A stretch of DNA of 64,000 nt, taken from positions 19,642,767 to 19,706,766 of the forward strand of contig OZ037766.1 in the NCBI GenBank assembly GCA_964035545.1, read 5' to 3'. Positions 1 through 13,245 of the stretch are shown piece after piece. The DNA is from Bugula neritina. Lineage: Eukaryota; Animalia; Bryozoa. The notes beneath the pieces were generated by a model. It worked only from the letters and a program-made list of their open reading frames with translations. It was not told the DNA's origin and searched no databases. Each line of letters begins with the position of its first letter. The stretch's first letter is position 1. The translations under genes and the position numbers were made by a program.

Positions 1-274
1 CTAGGTCCTAAGTTGTTGTTAAAAGCTTTCCCATAAATGGTTTTAGAGAAATATTTGATGAAAAGCAATGAGTGGTAGAAGTTTTTAGACATAAAACCTG
101 ACATTTTTAGGTGCTTTAGGAGTAACACATTTTCTTTGAGGCTTTAGTTTTATATGGGTGTTATAGGCTATTAAATTATCTAAAATTTATTAATGATTTA
201 TTCAACTTTTTTGAAATGGAATGGAGCATGTAGAATACTTTCGAAGAATTATTGATATTTTTTTAGATTAGCTT

Positions 275-3200
275 ATGATGTCTGAACAAACTGGTATGGT
301 AAGAGACTCATTAGAGGAAGAAGGTGAAGGAGTAGTTAATGGTGTAATCAAAGTTAACCATTCCCTATTGTCTCAACTTACGACCAGCTCACCTTTGGAT
401 GTCTACAAGCCTACCAACACATATAGGTATATAACTGCTGAATTTTCTTCTGTTCTACCTTTTTGTGTTTGTAGTATGTGCTGCTTGATTTTTAAAATCT
501 AAATACACCTTATTTGGTCTTTGCAATAATTAAAATTCCACCTTCCTTAGTAATTGTTTATACTTTATATCATAGTAGAAGACTTTGAAGCTAAAATAAT
601 GCAAAACTGTTCTTTCCCAAATTATTGCAACAAATATGATATTATTATGATGTTGTGATGGTTACAGAGACTAGCTATTATTTTCACTATTGAAATTGAA
701 AACTATCAGCAATGGTGCATTTAGTTTTTCTGTAAATTGCAGTAAGCTAACTTTATACGACAGATCATTTATTGGCTGTTTGTGAACATGTATGCCATTA
801 GCATGTACTATGATTTTGATGAAATTTCTTATAATGATTTTAATATAAGTCTTAAATATAAATTGATTAATGATTTAGTAAAGTAGACAATGTTTTATCT
901 AGCTGTGTAAATTACTGCCCATTTCTGCAGAAATTATTGTATAATGCAGAAATAACCAACATCTATAGCAGTGACTTCTCTAATAAAACACTTTTTAAGC
1001 ATAACCATAATATTTCCGTTTCTATTGGCATTTCATACTTAGATCAATAGTTAATGATTTGAAAAAGCTCTGTTCCGTGATTATTTATTGAAACATAGTG
1101 AAATTATATTGCATCAATAGCAATTATATTGGGTAAAAGTTCATATTTATCATATTTAGCAGGCCTACCTATAGCTATTGGGTGTGTAGCACTGGCCACA
1201 GAAGAAAGCTACTTTTAATACACCCAACTCATTATTAACTAAACTTATCATTCACCCATCAACATCCTTTAAAGTAAACTTTGTGAACTTCGTTATTACT
1301 ATTTAGTGAAATTAGATGTATATGTGTGTATTATTTTCTTAACCAGTAACTCAAGCTCTAAACTATAAAGTAATCTTTAGTCACCATTAATGAAAAGTAC
1401 CCAAAATGTTTATGTAGGACACGACTGTGTATGTGAATAGTTGTTGTCTGTTTGACACCCATTGTTTCTGCTAACTTCCTGCCCCAGCCAATGACCTCTG
1501 TGAAAACTACAAGATTTGACTACCATTGCTATAATTATTAGATAATGTACTTTACACGGGACTCTTTTGTAGAGCCAATAATGGTTATACTGATGAGTTG
1601 AGAAGAGATCACGGTGACTATCAGTATGTCAGCTCAGATGTGGAGGATGACCTACCTCCATCAGACTTTCTGCATGATTCTCTCTCTTTCAGTACAGCAG
1701 CTAACGATACACATCTCTCAGGTAATGGAGAGACAGACTCACTCTCGGCTGTTGGGAGGTACGCTTCTTCTGGCCCTTTGCAGTCACATAGTCCGAATAT
1801 GGTCAAATCAAAGCAGCCACCAGATCCCAAGATGCTGTCAGTTGAAAAGTAAGCTCATTGATGGCTTTTATTAAGCTAAAAACAGTTACATTTTTGGAAT
1901 TTTGGTTATAATGAGCTAGCATTTATTTAGATAGTATTTCAAATAGATTACAAAATTTCAGGAAATTACTAATTATTGTGCATTGTGACTTTTTAGTCTA
2001 TTTATGGAGACGATTTATATGCTGCTATATATAATTTTTGCAAACTTGAAAGTCAACAAATATCTAAGAGTTCTACATCATGCACCTGCTGCAAGTTTCA
2101 TTTAATCTGTTAGGATCTATTTGCTCATGAAAGTTTCTGGTGTAAACAAATCAATTAAATTCCTAAGCAGTCTATGCTGTTGGTCACTACGTCACATGTT
2201 ATCAACTGTAGAACCGTACCACCCCTAGCACTTACAGACAGCCTTCTGTGTGATGATCCTGACCCATCCACTGCTAACGTAGTTACAGACTCCCTAGACT
2301 TCTCTATGAATGACGAAGATCTTCAAAGAATAGAAAACCTAATGACGAGCAAAAATTCACTGCCGAATCCGTTTCATATCCAAGGAGGGCACACGCCCAA
2401 TACTCAGCATGAGCTTAGCATTTCATTGGCACTAATACAGAGCGCAACTCCTCGCCCTGTCTACAGGTTATCATTTAAGTTGCTAAACCTTGGTTTGTAG
2501 AAAGTGCATTAGCAATGATAACATGATGAAATTGGCTGATTAGCATTGAGCAAGATGTCCAAGTAAAGTATTGTTAAAGAAACTTTTGCCTTATGCTGAG
2601 TATAATTATTGTAGGTTAAGGAAAAAAGTACCTGCTTTAGATTGGTTTGATTCAGCTATTGAATCTATTGAATTTATTGACTTTTCTTCAGCTAGTCATA
2701 ATAATAATATCAAAACTATCATCTTTTGGTTTGTAGTCAAAGTGATTATGACACTAGCGTCATGTCATCCTATGCTGACAGAGAACTGGAAACTCCTCGG
2801 GTGTCTGTTGGTGACACAAGACATCTGCCACAGCAAAATAAGTATCAGAAGCAGCAGAATTCTGGTCAATTACCACATCAGGCAGTTCAGCTGACACCTC
2901 AGCAATTGAATCCCTGGCCGAGTGAACACTCTGGCTCTATGTACAATATGCAAAACCAACATTTATTTGGGCAACAGCCCACTGGCAATCAGAAGGTTAT
3001 GAAACACCAACCGAGCTCTCCTAAACATGCAGTAAGTTCTCAAAATACTAATAATAGCGCAGTGAGTGAACCTGGCCGACAGACACACCTTCATCACACT
3101 TCTGCTCAAGCGACAGGTCCTGCCTTTAAGATGACACCTAGCAATGGTCTACTCAGTCATCCAGGCCAGGTGTTGCATCCACTAACTTCTTCACCACCTC

Positions 3201-6200
3201 AGTCATTTCGAGCTCAGCACTACAACCTACCTGATCAATACATGGCACAGCAGCCACCTGCTCAACACATGTCATATAGGCAGCCACCTGATCAGTACAT
3301 GTCACAACAGCAACCTGATCAACACATGCATAGGCAACCACCTGATCAGTACATGGCACAGCAGCCACCTGCTCAACACATCTTGTATCAGCAACGACCT
3401 GATCAATACATGGCACAGCAGCCACCTGCTCAACACATGTCATATAGGCAGCCACCTGATCAGTACATGTCACAACAGCAACCTGATCAACACCTGCATA
3501 GGCAACCACCTGATCAGTACATGGCACAGCAGCCACCTGCTCAACACATGTCATATCAGCAATCAAGACAGCTCATACAATATCCTGTAGAACACCCAAT
3601 GGGTACACAGTACACCCCTCAAAATACTAACGATTCAAGCAAAATTCAAGGTCGTTCTTCTTCACAAAGCTGCGAATCAAAATCTTTCTCAAAAAATGCT
3701 TTTCCAAGTAAAGATTATGCCGTCAGTACTCAAACTGGAGTAGTTAGAACTGTGGCTCCTAAACCGGAAAGACCAGCTAAAGACTTTATTGAAAGAAATA
3801 TAAATCGGGCGAGAGGCGTAAGCTCTGCTAAGAGTGGCTATGCTACTAGAAGATTGCAAAGTAAGCAACAGCAGCTTGACCTGAAAAACTGGGCACCTGG
3901 TATGGTTGTTCCTCGAAAAAAGGCTGCCTCAGCAGACATGGCTACACGAACAACGGAGTCATCATCTCCTATAATTGAAAACCAGCCTCTATTCAACACT
4001 GTACCAAACCCAAACTCATCTGTACAAAGTGTGTGGGAAAATAATGCTGCTCAACTTTCACACACCAAAAATATTTCATCCTCCAAGCCGAATCCACATA
4101 CTCAGCGTAGTGATCGATCACATACAACCGGAAGGCAATCCTTACCGGAATCTCGAGTGAAAGTGGATGTGAACTTAAATGCTAACAGTGAAGGGCACAC
4201 AGATTTTGGTGGCATGAGATTGATAGGTCCAATAGCACAGCAGCACTTTAATGGTTCAAGGTCGTCTAATTTTGGCTATGCTAATGGATTGTATAATGAT
4301 GAATCAGATGCTGGGCCACCCCTTTGCTATCCTACCTCTGCTGTAACTAGTCATGGAGAGGTGAAGGACACAACCGGTGTTACAACTGTTGATAATAACA
4401 GCCTCTTCTATTATGGGCAGCAAACGTCATTTCAAGCTGGTCATGATGCTGCAAATGATTCGTACAGAGAACAATATAAGTATCTGATAGACTCCAATAG
4501 TTCTCATGCAGCTGTGCATTCTCAGTCCAGGTGGAATCCTCCACAAAAAGTAAGTATATTACTATATAGACAGTTATTCTCATGTTTTTGTATGGCTTCA
4601 AGTTCTTCATAGTAAAATTTTGTTCTGGGAATTTATTGTAGCCTCCAAACTTTGTACCCGACACATCAGATTTCACTATAGATGATGTCATTGCTCTGGA
4701 GGAAGAGAAGTTAAGGCGTATGTCACCGCAATCTTCACATTCAGAGCTAAACCCGTATCAAACTGTGCCACCAATCACACAGCAGGCTCAGAAGCAGTTG
4801 TTGGAGGGTGAAGCAGTTGCAGAGGAAAGTTCCTACTCTCGAATACATAAGGTGACTGATTGTTGGTGAAACTTTCTCTGCTAAGCAGAATAAAGAGAAA
4901 ACTGTAGCTTTAGTGATTTCATAGATGGTGCTTTTTTATACACATTTACCTCATTAGAAAGCATAATATTCTTGGCCATAATGACTGTATATTGACATCA
5001 GGTAAACGTGATAAATATCACTGCTTAATTAGTTGGATCACTTGTAGTTTTGGCCTTGTTTGACACCTTGTGGTGTAGAGCTAAGTAGGCTATGCAAGCT
5101 CTGAAAATTGATTACAAGTGTTGAATAGTGCACTGTCCGAAACTGCCAGAGTTAAATTTTACCCATGATGTCTGCTAGCAGGGTTCACAAAACTGCAATT
5201 AAAGGTTGCTACTTTTTTGATAAGCTAAGCCAGTCAAAGCATTCTCTTTAATGATTTCTTTCTGTGATGTTGAATCACATGAAACTTCAGTTTAAGTTAA
5301 AAAGTAGTCAGCTAGTTGAAAGGTGGTTTACAGTGTTGCAATGGCAATTGCCAAGCTCCCCATTTTCTGTGAAGGCTTTTAACCATATTTTATATAGTAA
5401 GAAGACTGATTAGTTGGCAGATAGTCACTTATATTGCTCCACTTACCCTCAGTAGATGAGAAATTGCAGCAGCCATATGTCTTAATAAGATCTGGTGTAT
5501 AGTGTACAGTATATGTCACTAACTGCTTTGCAGGTAGTTTTACTGGAATCCAAGATATTCCAATATTCTCTGACTGTACAACAGCCTGCATTGTATTTTC
5601 TTAATACTCCGAATATGACAGTCAATGTGCCTGGTTTACTCTATATGCAGTATGTTGATGAAAACACCGTGAAGAGCAAGTTATTTTCTCTTGTTGTAAT
5701 TGTTGCCTCAGATACAAAAAGAAAAAGAAGATAGAGCGGCTTCCTATAAAAAATATACCTTAAAAGATTACAAGCAGCTGAACAAAGAAGTAAAGCTAGG
5801 AGGACTTGGGCCTAGTGCAGATCCGGACGTTCTTAAAGAGAAGGTACTGTGTACATGTATTCTTGATTTCAAACAGTCAAGTTTTAATGTGATGATATCA
5901 AAGCAAGATAATGGTTTTCATACTGAAAGACCTGAATGAAACAATTGCTAGTATTCTATCAACCAGTTGCTTCAACTTATCCTCTACAATGTACAGTATC
6001 AGGCTTGTCATTTAGAGTATACTACCTGCACCACACTGCTAAGGGAAGAGGTGCTGCAAGGCATGTCCTTTTCTTTCACATAACATATAGCTAAAAAGTC
6101 TCGCCGTGTATATAACTAATATTATGCATATTACACATATCATTTAACATTAGAAGGATGCTCTCTACATCATAGACATGTCCCAGTTCCCTCACTGAGA

Positions 6201-7987
6201 CTTGTGAGTCATATTGAAACTACAGCAGTACATCTCAAAGCCATGATACCTGTACAGTGATTTATGTGTTGCAGCGGGAGTTGAGGCAGAAACAACTACA
6301 GATAGCTAAACAAGCCAGAGAGCTAGAGGCAAAGAGGGCCTCTGCTAAACAGAAGAATTCTGATGCTACAAGAGACCTGAAACCAGCTCCACCATCAGGA
6401 CGCACACTGGTGAGTGGCAGGATAATATCTTCACACACCTACAATTAATCTTTTGATAGAAAAAAATTCATTATTTAATTTGAAGTATCATAGTAAGCCA
6501 CTAATGCTAGATATAACAAATGACCAGCTGTTCTATTAGTTTTCTTAAATTCCAACCATAAATTCCTGGTAAAGAAAAAATGTATACAATCAATATTTAT
6601 TTATTTAATAAATTGCAAGTAATAAGAATTATAATTAACCATGTAAACAACTGTAAACTTATCTGCAAGAAAGTAAAAAGTTAAATGCAATATTATGTAC
6701 ACTAGTTGAAGTGTGTGAGGTATTGTGGTAGGACTTTCATGATTTGTATTTATAGCCTTAGATAATATAATATTGGGACAACTCAAAGTAATTAGTTAAA
6801 AACCAGATGCCAATTTACCTACACAACAAAGGGGCTTGTTGCGGTTTCTGTGTTCTTGAAGTTAACATTCTTTGTACAGCAAGCCTTTAATTTTATTTAG
6901 CTTTAGCTGGAAGTACAACTCGTTGCACATAACTGGACATATACTTAACATGCAATTTTATTAACATATTATAACCTACATATACTTTTGAACAAAATTA
7001 GACATTTTTGCAAGAAAGAGAACTGTCTACATGTCTGCAATAACTTGATGTAATTTACCTTTGTATTTCAACAGTGATTGTTGATTAAATTATTTTTCAA
7101 ATAAAGATTTATCTCAACCTGTTGGCTATGAAAACTTGCATACTTGTTGACATAATATTATTATATAGATTTTGAATATTTAGATTAGCTAGTTTACTGC
7201 TATTGTGGTTATAAACAAGGAGCCAAAACTCATAAATTATACTTTGCTTTGACATAATCAATAGCAACATTTGAGACATTTTTATGCATCAGTGAAGAAT
7301 TTTAAAAATCAAGATGTTCATATGCAATTTCTCTTAAATAAAATGATCCTAAGTGTTAAAATGGGAAAAGTCCAACATTTTAGCATATTTTTTGATTTTT
7401 CAATGAAAATAAATGCTCAAAGAGGCCTCTTCTTATTCAAAATTGATAAAATTGCTTTAAACTCAAGGCCAAATTGTTAAAAGAAAATAGGGCTTAAATC
7501 TTGTTGATTATTTTAATACAATAGTCAAAATAGTTAGGCAGTTTATAATACTTATTCAATATTTATATACCTGATTATACAATTGACTGTGAGGAAGGTG
7601 CACGTACATTTGTAGGCAAATGAGTATGCTAAGACTGTTCCAAAACCTAAAGTTACACCTAAAAAGCAAATCCAAGCAACAAGTCTACCAGCAAGCTCGG
7701 CAAGGAGTTATATACCACAGATGGATGAAGTACCAAATGACAGTCAAATAACTTACAGAACTAACAATGTCAATCTAACTCAGCTAAACAATTTTAGACC
7801 ATTTAAGAATTTATCTACCCATGGTTCTACAGGACAAGAGAACATAACTCTACATAGCCCTACTTCACCTGCTCCTATCCAAAATCAGTTTACTGAAGAC
7901 TTTGGTCACTTTGATACTATTGACATCTTGCATAAAAGACATTTAGCAGAAAAGCGTTTGGTGGCAGACCTCAGACAAAAGATATGA
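275..7987 (+). CDS. JHY: Jhy protein homolog (ciliary), 8 coding exons, ~1114 aa
   Basis: Phase-consistent GT-AG exons: 275-426, 1573-1848, 2212-2466, 2737-4549, 4642-4851, 5712-5843, 6275-6409, 7616-7987 (3345 nt, open frame). The C-terminus has JHY-domain motifs recognised from memory: YKKYTLKDYKQLNKEVKLGGLGP, ANEYAKTVPKPK, LHKRHLAEKRLVA. An acceptor at 265-266 implies an upstream 5'UTR exon outside the window. AATAAA at 8431. Confidence 0.85.
3230..3565 (+). repeat. In-frame coding tandem repeat in JHY exon 4 (57/54/57-nt units forming a 168-nt higher-order unit x2)
   Basis: Units PDQYMAQQPPAQHMSYRQP / PDQYMSQQQPDQHMHRQP / PDQYMAQQPPAQHILYQQR, then repeated almost identically from 3398. 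Confidence 0.95.
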
Positions 7988-10900
7988 TTTTTGACATGCT
8001 ATTACAACCAGCATGGCTATGTTATATTATATTTATTGCAAATACTTATTTTTTTATTACTATTGCCTATATAATTAGTACTCAAAAAAGTATTTCTAAA
8101 CCTACTAGTATGTGAGCAGCCTTGTAAAAAATTCTTCCTTCGATGGAAAGATTTGCTTAGGCTTGGAAAACCTTGTAAAATTATTGCATAAACCATACAG
8201 CTGTTGCTATACGATAATGTGAAGCATGCTAAAGCTTGGAATTTAACTGTTATAGTGCATATCGGTGTAAGTACTAAAATGTAATGATGAATGTGTGAAC
8301 AGGTATGCTTATACTTTTTCTGAAAAAGTGCGTCGCTGAGCCCGCTTGTATAGCTGAGACTCCTTGAAATCAAATTGATGCACGTAAGCAGTGAAATGGG
8401 ACACATTGTTGACCTTTTCAAGTCTTATTCAATAAATTTACATTATTCTATACTTGAAATAAAATGTTTACTAAATCTTACACTTAGTCCTATTCTGATT
8501 TAGCAAAGTTTTTGATGTTATTTATAATAGCTAAATCCATGAAAAACCTTCATTGCTGTTTTGTCTTTGTTTTTCTTAGTTATTCATTCACTTGGCACTT
8601 TGAAAATTCCCCAAACACATCAACATTTAAAGATAAAATTTTTCACCAAACATACAATTCATATGCCTTGTAATCTACCTGACGGGATCCTTCCCCTACT
8701 AATATGCTGTGTGGAACAAGTAAACATATAGAAGCTTGAATAACAATTTGATGAGATGTGTTTTAGCATTCTATGTATGCATTCACCTTCAGGCTGAGAG
8801 CTTATGACATGGCGATAGAATATAAACTAATATACTGTTACACTGCTGTATAGTCCAAAGTTTGCTACTCCCTACACTATGCAGCAAGCGGCTTTCAAGT
8901 GAGTTTGTAGTTATCAGATCTAGTCATACATGAGTTTGGTCAGTAATTATTGACAAATAAATTCAGTTATCTTATCTTCTGTCCATAAGTCCATGCCACC
9001 GGAATCTAGATTAGTGATATTCAATCAAAGTATACAAAGTAGAGGCATTTATTCACTAACATATTCAAAGCCGGCTCCTCATAATAGACTGACTAACAGC
9101 TGATTTGACAAGGAACCAGGTATGAGCAGTACTCTATTCTAAATGCAAAGTTATATATATTGTTACTCATTTTATGTTTGGGTTTGAAGTAAATTTGCAT
9201 GAGTTGAAGACCAGCAATGATAGAAAAAGCTACTGTTAAATGCAGCGATGTAAACCTGAGCTTCAGTTTATTATGTTTTGGTTTTTGCTTGGTTTTGAAA
9301 GGTGCTTGTTATATTTTGTGGCTGGACAAGCTAGTACCAATGCTGCAGCAATTTCCTAAAACTAGAGTTGCTATAAAACTGCAATTCCATACCAGTCTTG
9401 AAGACCGACATTGAACCAAATATAGTCAATAGAATTTAATTGAAATACTGCAGTTTAAAGCAAACCTAGTAGAAAAAAGTTTAGCTAGGAGCTGATTTGC
9501 TAGAGTTATTGGGTTAGTTGAGTTCTGCTCATACTAATATATTGTGACCACAGTGCACTGTTTCCCATATAAAGGCCTATACCAAGGCCCAACATTTTAC
9601 GGAGACTTAAAAAAAGACTTATATGAATGTTTTAAGCTAAAGATACATTATGTAGATCTTAAGCAGTTTTTTATGCGTGATCTCATGATATTATATTACA
9701 TATTGGGGATCCTTTTACCATTCAAATAAGCATCCATTATGATTTTTGTTGCTTGGTTTCTCAAAAAGCTAACGCTCCATTCTGAACTATGAATTTGGTA
9801 AGTTACAGGATAACAACATTTATTTCTTTGGCATGCATGCCTTTGAGCTAAAGAAATTATTTGTGTCCCTTATTTGCCAAATAACTAGGCAGTCAGACTA
9901 TTTTCAGTAATAGAAAACAATTACCAAACAATACTGTAGACATTCATATTGACCGAGTTGCAATATTATTAAATCTCACTACTATCAGTGCTTGCCTATA
10001 TTCTCTGTAGTATACTGTATTATAGCATGCAGTGACTGTTTAGTTAGAAATATGGCAGTAGATTGTATAAACCACATCACCCAAGTATTGATTGCACAAA
10101 ACAAGCTGCAGTAATATAATTATTATAATTTATTATAGACCGTGCTAGTTGTGAGTAGTTATTAGAATAGTCCCCCATTGAGCTCAAAATTTTAATTTGT
10201 GGTAGCACACCACTGCCTCTATAAACTGTAGCTTGGATTTTGTGAACAGGTAATAAAATAACTGCAAAAATAATAGTTTGCTTACTGTCCTGAGTGTACC
10301 TGTATCTTCAGAAGTGTAATTTTTTGAGTAACCAAATAGAAGTTTTCCGAAATCTAGTTCCCGATGCTATATTTACCATAAAAACTATCCCATTTTTTAT
10401 TGTGAATGTAAAACATATAGGTATAGGCCTACTATAATCTGATCAAGTATTTTTTACAATAGGTTTATATTATGTGCAACATGTTTTAATTTTAAAATTT
10501 TACAAGTCAAATGAAATTTTTGTTTGTTTTAAGTACAGACAATGTGAGGCCTCAGCCCTGCTAATGTGTTTTCTTAAAGGTTAAATTAAATTGTTTCTTC
10601 AATATATTATATTGCTCTGTGTCTAGATAAAAAATCAAACTAGTTGTTTCAGGTAGAGAAGATTTACTAATGATTTAATTTTGATTTAGTAACAAACAAT
10701 CTAACGGGAGTTTTCATCTCTCTCCCACATGTGTCATGATATACTTCCAATAAACCACCTGCTAGCTCTTGCTGACGTGTAGACTTTGTCTGTTGGTGTT
10801 GAATGTTCTTGGCACCCTGAGTTGTGGTTATAGCATGACTGATATAGACCTGATCAGCTGACAGAAACATATGAATCCAGCAAAATATGATTTCTGTGTA

Positions 10901-13062
10901 GCAAATCTACTAATAACTATCTAGTTAGTTTGATATGAGCAATGTAAAAGAGAACATAATTCTTGTCAAATAATCAAAACCTATAAGATATGGTAAGCAT
11001 TATATTTTAATGAAGACAGCACGGAGGGCAGGCATTGTCGACATCTTGACTCCTGGTAGGGTCATTCGAAATGTGTTGATGATTCACCATTAATTTATTA
11101 TACGTTCATAATTTAATGGTAGCCTCAATGTGCTGCTAACAATTAATAATTGTCAACTTAAATAAGAGAAAATATTGAATTTTTCATACTTATAAAAACT
11201 ATTATTGTGGGATTTCTAGTGTCTCTCAACTTAGTGCTGGTATCTATTATAAAGAATGCAGTGTTTTATACACAATAAGCTGGTAGAAATGGAATGTTTA
11301 AGTCCTATTAGCTAGCTGACAGTGCAATACTTGCACCTTCAGACCCCTGATAACTTCAACAAAAGCAGTTGTAAATATTGCAGTGGATTTTGACCTATAG
11401 AAATACATACTCAATATAATAGATCTATATTGTTGAAACTCTGTAACATTTGATGAAGATAGCTTGATATGAGTAGTGAACAAGCTTCAATAACACAGAC
11501 TATAATATTATTATTGATTATATTATGTTGCACTAAGCATGCACTTTACAAGAGCCTGACACTTACTGCTGTAGCATTTGCATGCAGTGCTTACTAACCA
11601 GCCAAGTTTCTGGAAGCACATGCTCATTTAATAGGCAGTTGGATTGGCTTATGATGTTCTCAGAAAACTGTATTTCACAGTAGAGGAATAAATACAGCTA
11701 TTCTAATAGCCCTAGAGTTCCATCATAACGTAGTAGCATAAGGAGTTGCCCCATTATGAAATAAAGCTACATTGTTTCAATTCCGAATGCTAAACTGAGA
11801 CTCATAAACCCAAGCTAAGCAAATAAGTATGCCCTGTACTCTAACTTCAACAGCTGCTAGTTACAATAACACGATGAATCACCAGTACTGCTGTAGCGAG
11901 TTGCCACGCGGTAGAGAATCAAAACTGGTTTAAGCCTGTTCAAACTAGTTTACGCAGTGGAATTTCTGGATATATCAGGCTATTGTCATGCTATAAACGT
12001 CGTGCCATGTCACGTCACCTCGTTATAATCGGTACTAACAACAATCATCTATCACAGTTCATGGTTTTGAAATATAATCTATATCAAGCTATTCAACTGG
12101 TTCTCTAGATGAAGCAAGTTGGTAGGTGATGATGATTTGATCTTGCTTCCTATGTATTTTAGGATTTGCAAACTTGAAGTTCGGTTATTACTGCTTTAAG
12201 GCTGGAAACATTAGTTATCCTATAAAGTCTCATGTATGTTTACAACAATGAATCATCCCGTAACATGCACCTGAGAGAATTTCTTGGTTTTGTCTCTTTT
12301 GTCAAACTAGGTTTCAGTTTAATAGGCTGTTCACTTACTAAAATTTTGAGTATAATCATGTATAAGCTCCTTTACAAATGTAAACCGATTTCTCATTACT
12401 CATTAGGTAATATCTTTCGATTACAGTAGCGCAAATAAAGGCCATCAACTAGTTACTAGTCAGATGCAAGTAGAGTAAGCAACGTATTGATGCTTAAATC
12501 TCAATAAGTTCTTCAAATGTCTATGAGTTTTGGTTTGGAGTTGAAACTCATGTGAAAATATAAGTGCTATATTGCTATAATTCTCATTTAGAACACAGGC
12601 TTTTCTGATTTCTCCATTATATTTCTTTTAACTAGATATTGCCCAGGAAGTAGAATCAACTATTATGCTTGATATTGCACAATGTACTCTTCATACAGAT
12701 AGATAACTTATAAATAAAACAGAATTATCTCACTTTAACAAAAACTTTTGGCAATGTGCCCAATACCGCACATATATCTGTCAAGTTTGACCTTTTTGGA
12801 TCAGTTCCAACATATAACAGTAACTGCTCTTGCAACTGTGTCATCTGAAAGTATTTATGCAGGGCATTGTACTAAGCAATGGTATTGGACTCTAGCAAAC
12901 CACACATTATAAAATGCAATCTCAAGTCATATATTTTCACAAAGATGATAGAATTACTTTATAATTATGTTTTTGATATAATCTTTATTAAGGGAGGAAA
13001 ACATCAAGATTTTTACAGCTATTATTGTCCTGCTGTAAGTGGTTGACTTTAAAACCAGTTGA

Positions 13063-13107
13063 CCAATCAGAATAAAATAACATTTGACTTTGAAAATAGT
13101 ATATAAA
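13063..13107 (+). promoter_or_regulatory. CCAAT box plus TATA box upstream of the choline kinase gene
   Basis: gaCCAATcag at 13061-13070 and TATATAAA at 13100-13107, about 140 nt upstream of ATG 13246. Confidence 0.6.
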
Positions 13108-13245
13108 CAAGCTGCACACCCGCAGCTAGTTCTTACAAAAGCGTTGCTCAGCTACGAAGAATAACAATACATCCTCACTCAATAGCTTACCTTTTTGAAA
13201 AAGTTACTACTATATAGTTGGAAAGCTTGTTCACTATTACCTGTG

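Noticed and set aside
3230-3565. CRISPR-like appearance of repeated CCTGATCA/CCTGCTCA motifs
   Set aside because: Intervening sequences are themselves repeats, lie in frame within a eukaryotic exon, and there are no cas genes.
3153-3566. Minus-strand ORF with Cys-containing repeats (TCVEQVAAVPC)
   Set aside because: Antisense shadow of the JHY coding repeat; no independent splice or start context.
8017-8421. 134-aa minus-strand ORF
   Set aside because: Antisense to the JHY 3'UTR, non-ATG start, no recognisable protein features.
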